30,472 nt of DNA from contig CASBQC010000085.1 in assembly GCA_949127805.1 (NCBI GenBank), forward strand, positions 1-30,472, written 5' to 3'. Shown here in pieces: positions 24,858 through 30,472 of the stretch. Source of the stretch: Nostocales cyanobacterium PMM_0081 (GTDB lineage Bacteria > Cyanobacteriota > Cyanobacteriia > Cyanobacteriales > Nostocaceae). A program made the position numbers and the translations under genes. How positions within the stretch are numbered: the stretch's first letter is position 1; every line of letters begins with the position of its first letter. The notes under the pieces are model-generated. The model was given only the letters and a program-made list of their open reading frames with translations. It had not been told where the DNA came from and made no database searches.

Positions 24858-25643
24858 CTAGCCGACGCCGACATGAATCGGTCCATGCACACTCCCACTG
24901 AGAAATTGTCTAATTAAAGGATGCTCTGTATTCTCAAGTTCATCTATACTACCTTGCCACTGCACTTTACCTTGATAGAGAAAAATAACTCGATCAGCGG
25001 TACGACGAATCGTACTGTCTTGGTGGGTAACAATGGCATAAGTACCACAGACTCCCTGAGTACATTGTAATTGGCGAATTAAATCTTCTATTACTGTAGA
25101 GGCAATTGGGTCAAGTCCGGCTGTCGGCTCATCGTATAGTAATATTGCTGGTCCCTCTTTTGGTTTGTCTGGGTTGGATACAACCGCACGGGCAAAACTG
25201 ACACGTTTTCGCATTCCTCCGGAAAGTTCACTAGGGTAGAGCGAACCGATTCCTGGCAAACCTACCATGTCCAATTTTTCTTCAACCAATTCTCGAATGC
25301 GCGATCGCGACATTTTTGAGTATTGATAAAGTATAAACCCTACATTTTGCTCCACTGTCAATGAATCGAATAATGCTGCCTGCTGAAACACCATCCCAAT
25401 GCCAACCGGATCAACACCATCTTCTATCAAACCTTCTCGCCGTAACCCTTGTACATAAATTTCTCCATCGTCGGGAGCTGTTAATCCTGCAATTACCCGT
25501 AAAATTGTTGATTTCCCAGTGCCACTAGGACCAATAATTCCTAATGCTTCTCCTTGGTAAATTGTCAAGTCTACATCGTCTAAAACTTTATTGTCACCAA
25601 ACGACTTAGAAACACCTTTAAGTTCAATTAATGGTTTATTCAT
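24858..25643 (-). CDS. ABC transporter ATP-binding protein (MlaF-like)
   Basis: The start is moved to the Met of MNKPLIELKGVSKSF, because the track's upstream 14 codons lie in STRR heptamers. It has Walker A GPSGTGKST, the signature LSGGMRKRV and Walker B ILLYDEPTAGLD. Confidence 0.85.
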   Translation of the reverse strand: MNKPLIELKGVSKSFGDNKVLDDVDLTIYQGEALGIIGPSGTGKSTILRVIAGLTAPDDGEIYVQGLRREGLIEDGVDPVGIGMVFQQAALFDSLTVEQNVGFILYQYSKMSRSRIRELVEEKLDMVGLPGIGSLYPSELSGGMRKRVSFARAVVSNPDKPKEGPAILLYDEPTAGLDPIASTVIEDLIRQLQCTQGVCGTYAIVTHQDSTIRRTADRVIFLYQGKVQWQGSIDELENTEHPLIRQFLSGSVHGPIHVGVG

Positions 25644-25752
25644 TGGGAATTGCGAATTGGGCATTGGGCATTGGGCAACTAACAATTAACAGACGCGATG
25701 AATCGCGTCTCTACAACTAACAACTAACAGACGCGATGTATCGCGTCTCTAC
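25642..25752. repeat. STRR-like heptamer run plus twin hairpins in a divergent intergenic region
   Basis: The heptamers read ATTGGGA ATTGCGA ATTGGGC x3 AACTAAC AATTAAC. They are followed by AGACGCGAT-GA-ATCGCGTCT (25691..25710), AACTAAC x2, and AGACGCGAT-GT-ATCGCGTCT (25729..25748). Confidence 0.8.
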
Positions 25753-25760
25753 TAACAAAA

Positions 25761-27269
25761 ATGCAAGATTGTGATGTCATAGTCATTGGTAGCGGTATTG
25801 GGGGATTATGTGCTGCGGGATTACTTGCACGTTATGGCAAACGAGTAATTGTTTGTGAAAGTCATACAATTGCTGGTGGTGCTGCTCATAGCTTCAGACG
25901 AGGAAAATTTGAATTTGATTCCGGACCTTCTTTTTATTGTGGTCTAACTGATGCCCAGAGTTTAAATCCTCTCAAACAAGTTCTCGATGTTTTAGGCGAA
26001 TCTCTTTCATGTGTGTCTTACGATCCTTTAGGACATTATCACCTTCCGGAAGGGACTTTTGCAGTTTATAGCAATACTGAGCGTTACCGTCATGAGGTGG
26101 AGAAAATTACCCCTCAAGGTGCTAAAGAATTAAAGCAGTTTGAAGAACGTTTATTACCGCTTTATGAAGGGATGAAAGGCATTCCAACTTTAGCTTTGAG
26201 AACAGATTGGCAGATGATTTTGGTGTTAATAAGACGTTATTTGCCATCTTTAACAAAAATGCTCCCCAATTTGCCGATTGTTCAAGCTTCTGTGGGCAAT
26301 GTGATGGATGCAACAGTGAAAGATGTTTGGGTGCGACGGCTAATCGATTTGGAATGCTTTCTACTGTCTGGTTTAAAGGCACATGGTACTATTGCCCCAG
26401 AGGTAGCTTTTATGTTAGGTGAACGCTCCCGTTGCGGAGTTGAATATCCTGTGGGTGGTAGTGCGGCAATTGTCAATGCTTTGGTACGGGGATTAGAAAA
26501 GTTTCATGGGAAGTTGCGGTTGGGGTGTCACGTCGAACAGATTTTAGTAGAGTCTGGCAAAGCTGTTGGTGTGAGGTTACAAAATGGTGAAATTCTCTCT
26601 TCGCCTGTGGTGATTTCTAATGCCACAATTTGGGATACTTACACTAAGTTGTTGCGTCCGGAAGACTTACCCGCATCTTATCGCAAAGTTTCCCTAAATA
26701 CACCAGCGGTAGATAGTTTTATGCATTTACACTTAGGGATTCGTGGTGAAGGGTTGGAGAATTTGACGGGACATCATGTAGTAGTCCACGATGCTCAAAT
26801 TGATATAACTTCACCGGGAAATACTTGCATGATATCGATTCCCAGTGTGTGGGATGCAACTCTAGCACCTGAAAAACATCATGTAGTTCATGCTTATACT
26901 TTAGAACCTTATGGGGGATGGGAAAAAAATGCTCTTTATGAACAGAAGAAGCAAGAAAAAGCAAAGTCTTTATATCGTGCTTTAGAAAGAATTATCCCAG
27001 ATATTCGCGATCGCGTCGAGCTAGAACTGATTGGCACACCGCTAACTCACACTCATTATTTAAGAAGATATCAGGGAACTTATGGACCAGCGATTCCCGC
27101 AGGTAAAGGAATGTTTCCCAGCACACACACACCCATTGCTGGATTGTATCGTGTTGGTGACAGCACTATGCCAGGAATTGGTGTGCCGGCAGTCGCTGCA
27201 TCTGGCATTTTGTGCGCGAATACTTTAGTTAAACCGCAGCAAACAGCAGAATTGTTGGATAATTTATAG
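25761..27269 (+). CDS. FAD-dependent oxidoreductase of the phytoene desaturase / carotenoid isomerase family
   Basis: 502 aa. The N-terminal dinucleotide fold is DVIVIGSGIGGLCAAGLLARYGKRVIVCESHTIAGGAAHSF and the C-terminal motif is YRVGDSTMPGIGVPAVAASG. Confidence 0.8.
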   Translation: MQDCDVIVIGSGIGGLCAAGLLARYGKRVIVCESHTIAGGAAHSFRRGKFEFDSGPSFYCGLTDAQSLNPLKQVLDVLGESLSCVSYDPLGHYHLPEGTFAVYSNTERYRHEVEKITPQGAKELKQFEERLLPLYEGMKGIPTLALRTDWQMILVLIRRYLPSLTKMLPNLPIVQASVGNVMDATVKDVWVRRLIDLECFLLSGLKAHGTIAPEVAFMLGERSRCGVEYPVGGSAAIVNALVRGLEKFHGKLRLGCHVEQILVESGKAVGVRLQNGEILSSPVVISNATIWDTYTKLLRPEDLPASYRKVSLNTPAVDSFMHLHLGIRGEGLENLTGHHVVVHDAQIDITSPGNTCMISIPSVWDATLAPEKHHVVHAYTLEPYGGWEKNALYEQKKQEKAKSLYRALERIIPDIRDRVELELIGTPLTHTHYLRRYQGTYGPAIPAGKGMFPSTHTPIAGLYRVGDSTMPGIGVPAVAASGILCANTLVKPQQTAELLDNL

Positions 27270-27312
27270 GATTTTTAATATATAGCGCTTCTCATTTGTG
27301 TGCAATATGCCG

Positions 27313-27353
27313 TGTAGAGACGTAGCAGTGCTACGTCTCTACATTTATTTTTT
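27313..27353 (+). terminator. Intrinsic terminator built from a solo MITE-core hairpin
   Basis: TGTAGAGACGTAGCA-G-TGCTACGTCTCTACA is followed by TTTATTTTTT. It lies 44 nt after the stop of 25761..27269. Confidence 0.6.
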
Positions 27354-27436
27354 GAACATGTATGTGATTTAAATTAGAACCGCTATAGTACAACATTTCA
27401 TTAATGCGATCGCCAATTAAATTTGGTAATACCCTG

Positions 27437-27575
27437 CAATCGCATTGTCACTCGATCCAATCGCATTGTCACTCGATGCAATCGAATTGGATCGCGATCC
27501 AATCGCATTGTCACTCGATACAATCGAATTGGATCGCGATCCAATCGCATTGTCACTTGATGCAATCGCGAGGGA
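27437..27575. repeat. Tandem array of two alternating 21-bp units (pattern A A B A B A plus a partial unit)
   Basis: Unit A is CAATCGCATTGTCACTCGATn and unit B is CAATCGAATTGGATCGCGATC, which contains the palindrome GATCGCGATC. Units start at 27437, 27458, 27479, 27500, 27521 and 27542. The ORFs on both strands here are repeat artefacts. Confidence 0.9.
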
Positions 27576-27698
27576 TATTTTTGCATTGGTATAAATTCAA
27601 TCAACAAGCGCTTTTGGGCTATCTTTTTTCTGACCGGAATTGGAAAATCTGAAAGTGTAATCTATTACCATGTAGATGTCGCAACTTTGCAGGTTAAA

Positions 27699-29477
27699 AT
27701 GACAGGCGAACCGATTATTAAATTCACCTTTGCCGTTGACGATCGAGAGTTAGATGATGAAAGACGGCAAAAAATAGCGAACAAGCTGCTACGGGAAATC
27801 CGAGATTTGGATGAGGTTGAGAAGGCAGACCGTGGGTCAGATTTAAACCCAGAAGCAGGAAGTAAAGGGTTTGCCACTTTAATCGGAGTGCTGACGGCTG
27901 AGGTGAGCATGAAGAATGTCAAAAGCTTTTTAGGGTTTTTGAGCGATCGCTTGGCAGACAAGCCAATAAAAATTAATATTAAAGTTGGCGATAAAGAAGT
28001 CAACATTGAAGCAAAAAGCCGAAAAGAACTATTAGAAAGTGAGAGAATAGCAAAAGACCTGTTAGCTGCAACGGGTGGTGGAGCAAATAGACATCTCCAG
28101 AAAAGACGTAGAGACGTTCCACTGGAACGTCTTTACAAGGGTTTCAGGCAACTCATAATTAATTTATGGAGATGTTTAATGCCTAAGAAGATAGCGCTAC
28201 TGATTGGAGTCAGCAAGTATGGTGAAGGAATACCACCCCTATCATCTGCTCTCAATGATGTGGAAGCATATGCACCCAAGAATCCAGAAGCAGAGTATCG
28301 CAAACTTGTTGAACAATATGCCCAAAATGGTGAACTTAGTAAACTTTCCTACTTAATATTAAAGCCGAAACGGAAAACATTTGGAATTACAGATGAAAAA
28401 GCCGAGCAAATAGAAAGCGAAGTATTAGAACCTTTACGCAGACGCTTTGCAAACTTAGAAAGTTACAAACAAGCTTTTATTGAGGTAGTTGAGCAAAAAT
28501 ATCCCCTGGATGAACATACTCGTAAGATACTCAAGGATTTAAGCCAGGATATTTTAGGTCTGAGAAATGAGGATATAGCACCAATTGAGTTAGAGATTAC
28601 ATCTGCTAAAAAAGCGGAATATCGAAAACAAGTTCAGATACAGAAAGAACAAGAAAAAGAAGAGTATGAAAATAGCCTGCGGTATTATGAGCAGGAATTT
28701 ACAAAAGCAGTTAAAGTGCAATACCCGCTAGATGAATATGTCCGCAATGGATTAAAACAGTTTCAAGAGTCTTTAGGACTCAACGATGAAGATGTAGAGC
28801 GAATTGAAGCACCACTTTTAATTAGAAAACAAGCAGAGTACCAGAAACAACAACAACAAGAAGTCAAGAAGCAGCGACAAGAACAACAATCTATTCAAAT
28901 AACAACTGTAAAACCAACGCAGCAGAATAATGAGCTCAGTTCTGAGAAGGATGTAAACTATACGCGGTTGCGCGATTTACTCAAAGCTTACGAGTGGGAA
29001 GAAGCAGATAAAGAAACTCTCGCAGTGATGCTCAAAATCGCTGACAGAGAACAAAAAGTCTGGCTTGATCCCGAATCGATTAAAAACTTTCCTTCCACTG
29101 ACTTACGCACCATTGACCAACTGTGGGTAAAATACAGTGATGGGCGCTTTGGGTTTAGTGTGCAGAAGCGCATTTGGGAAAGTGTAGGTAAAGACTACAC
29201 AAAGTTAGGCGATCGCGTCAGCTGGCGGACGTATGAGACACTTATACAGAAGAATATAGTAGAATGTTTAGAGGATATTAATAAAAAGTTGGGATTCAAA
29301 GAAGAAGCCGTAACGAGGACGGGTGCGAAATGGCTCTACTACACAGACCTCACTTTTGATATTCATGCTCCCAAAGGACATCTTCCTGCAACACTAGCTA
29401 GAGGGGAGGGAGAGCATAATGACTTTGGTGGGGGTTGGGTATGTGTGCCAGCTCTTCTCTCGCGCCGAGACTTGTAA
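27699..29477 (+). CDS. Composite ORF: EACC1-like module + in-frame MITE + caspase N-terminal remnant + helical repeats + GUN4 domain
   Basis: It is one open frame. Residues 1 to about 130 (LLREIRDLDEVEKADRGSDLNPEAGSKGFATLIGVLTAEV...IKINIKVGDKEVNIEAKS) resemble the effector-associated constant component EACC1. Nt 28088..28178 is a MITE. An internal ATG at 28179 gives MPKKIALLIGVSKYGEGIPPLSSALNDVEA, a peptidase C14 N-terminus, but no His/Cys catalytic region follows. The C-terminus WEEADKETLAVML...FPSTDLRTIDQLWVKYSDGRFGFSVQKRIW is GUN4-like. Confidence 0.7.
   Translation: MTGEPIIKFTFAVDDRELDDERRQKIANKLLREIRDLDEVEKADRGSDLNPEAGSKGFATLIGVLTAEVSMKNVKSFLGFLSDRLADKPIKINIKVGDKEVNIEAKSRKELLESERIAKDLLAATGGGANRHLQKRRRDVPLERLYKGFRQLIINLWRCLMPKKIALLIGVSKYGEGIPPLSSALNDVEAYAPKNPEAEYRKLVEQYAQNGELSKLSYLILKPKRKTFGITDEKAEQIESEVLEPLRRRFANLESYKQAFIEVVEQKYPLDEHTRKILKDLSQDILGLRNEDIAPIELEITSAKKAEYRKQVQIQKEQEKEEYENSLRYYEQEFTKAVKVQYPLDEYVRNGLKQFQESLGLNDEDVERIEAPLLIRKQAEYQKQQQQEVKKQRQEQQSIQITTVKPTQQNNELSSEKDVNYTRLRDLLKAYEWEEADKETLAVMLKIADREQKVWLDPESIKNFPSTDLRTIDQLWVKYSDGRFGFSVQKRIWESVGKDYTKLGDRVSWRTYETLIQKNIVECLEDINKKLGFKEEAVTRTGAKWLYYTDLTFDIHAPKGHLPATLARGEGEHNDFGGGWVCVPALLSRRDL
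28088..28178. mobile_element. MITE copy M3, inside the composite ORF
   Basis: TAGACATCTCCAGAAAAG...TTATGGAGATGTTTA. The core hairpin here is AGACGTTCCA-C-TGGAACGTCT, two compensatory pair changes relative to M1 and M2. It translates as NRHLQKRRRDVPLERLYKGFRQLIINLWRCL without a stop. Confidence 0.8.
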
Positions 29478-29554
29478 ACTTTAACATATAAGGCTTACAG
29501 TAAATGTAAAGATTTACAATCAAGTCATTGCCTACGAAGTATTGACAAAAGTCC

Positions 29555-29645
29555 AGGACTTACGCACGGACCACGTGTTTCCGTCATTGCGACGCAAGGA
29601 AGCAATCTCAAAGTCTTGTTTTCTCGTAACAAGTGCGTAAGTCCT
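29555..29645. mobile_element. MITE with perfect 13-bp TIR AGGACTTACGCAC / GTGCGTAAGTCCT
   Basis: The terminal inverted repeats enclose about 65 bp, including GTCATTGCGACGCAAGGAAGCAATC, which is related to the 2985..3090 core. Confidence 0.7.
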
Positions 29646-29834
29646 AAAGTCTTCAAAATCTTGTCCCTTCGTTTTCCTCCCGCTTGGGAATTAATTCCCA
29701 ATTCTTACAGCATAAGTCTACTTAAATAGACTAAAAAGTATACCTAGTCTACTAAAGTAGACTTGAGCTATGAGCAATCAATTTATTACACGGTGGGTTA
29801 GGCAGCAACACACAAGATTTGTCAGTTTCCTAAA

Positions 29835-30260
29835 TTAGAGCATATCAGGAAAATAATGACTGAGAAAAACTTGTGGTGTCAAAATCTGAATATCGTTAAA
29901 TTCGTTTAAGACCAGTAAATCTAAATCACCAGTAATAATAACTTCAGCATTAGCAGCTAAAGCCGTTTCTAGAATCACAATATCATCTGGATCGCGCAAT
30001 TCAGGAACATCTACAGCCTCTGTTGAACACGATTCTGACAACTGTCGTACTACAGCAAGCAAATCTTCTACAGTTACACCCAAAGACTGTATTTTTGTTT
30101 GAAGTTTTTTACGCTCTAGTATTTCTTTTATATCTTCCCGTATCGGTTCAGAAACAAAAATAGTAATTTGGTAAGCTTCCGCTAAATCAAAAATCCGACC
30201 CGGAACTCCTACCCAAAGCAAACCGGAAATCCAAACATTGACATCTAATACAATCCTCAT
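29835..30260 (-). CDS. PIN-family toxin (PIN_3 / TIGR00305-like)
   Basis: 141 aa with the motifs VLDVNVWISGL, DPDDIVILETA and IITGDLDLL. It is a paralog of 3445..3852 and overlaps the upstream antitoxin by 4 nt. Confidence 0.8.
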   Translation of the reverse strand: MRIVLDVNVWISGLLWVGVPGRIFDLAEAYQITIFVSEPIREDIKEILERKKLQTKIQSLGVTVEDLLAVVRQLSESCSTEAVDVPELRDPDDIVILETALAANAEVIITGDLDLLVLNEFNDIQILTPQVFLSHYFPDML

Positions 30261-30472
30261 GCTTTAGAACGTCTTTCCCTTCGTACTTCCTTGACAATTT
30301 CAATAATTTCTTCTAAAGAAGGTTGGTTGGGGTCTGGTTCGGATTCCTCTATTATTTGCGATAACTTGTTCCAAGTCAGTGGCTTGCGGATTTTTTTCAT
30401 GACAATTTCCGCTTCTGTAATTGATACCATATATTCATCGCCAGGACTCAGTTTTGCCTGCATTTCTGCTGG
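30257..30472 (-). CDS. AbrB/SpoVT-like antitoxin, 5' end cut by the window edge
   Basis: The frame stays open to nt 30472 (PAEMQAKLSPGDEYMVSITEAEIVMKKI, which looks like the second half of a SpoVT-AbrB domain). The true start is probably outside the window. Confidence 0.6.
   Translation of the reverse strand, partial: PAEMQAKLSPGDEYMVSITEAEIVMKKIRKPLTWNKLSQIIEESEPDPNQPSLEEIIEIVKEVRRERRSKA

Noticed and set aside
27401-27652. Overlapping 68-aa (-) and 82-aa (+) ORFs
   Set aside because: Both are read-throughs of the 21-bp A/B tandem array. Open frames on both strands are typical of repeat artefacts.

Overview
The window looks like a filamentous (Nostocales-type) cyanobacterial chromosome segment. 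The evidence is dense HIP1 octamers (GCGATCGC), STRR-like heptamer repeats, many small palindromic MITEs, and PEP-CTERM and GUN4 proteins. There are four blocks.
(1) nt 1-8571 is an accessory, conflict-type islet. Two paralogous NB-ARC/TPR STAND (NLR-like) NTPase genes bracket four type II toxin-antitoxin modules, two of which have decayed toxins. Each NB-ARC gene follows an upstream ORF that is in the same frame and separated only by a UGA-C stop and a small hairpin with compensatory substitutions. Paralog 1 carries seven near-identical 126-bp TPR units whose differences cluster at a few codons.
(2) nt 8707-16122 is a compact orphan biosynthetic cluster with no PKS or NRPS. A MATE exporter and an aldo/keto reductase converge on a five-gene operon: amidinotransferase, P450, fatty-acid-hydroxylase-type oxygenase, Asp/Glu-racemase-like protein, sulfotransferase.
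(3) nt 16979-27269 is mostly core. It holds a repeat-rich PEP-CTERM protein, clpC, a DUF3288-like protein, a Uma2 endonuclease, an MlaD/MlaF-like ABC pair and a CrtISO-like FAD oxidoreductase.
(4) nt 27400-30472 is accessory again. It holds a 21-bp tandem array, one open frame in which an EACC1-like module is joined through an in-frame MITE to a caspase-remnant/GUN4 protein, and a PIN/AbrB TA pair cut by the window edge.
One MITE family (16-bp TIR TAGACATCTCCGAAAA) occurs three times, including a filled-versus-empty site comparison inside the window. No rRNA, tRNA or CRISPR array was recognised. All family assignments come from motif reading by eye, not from searches.
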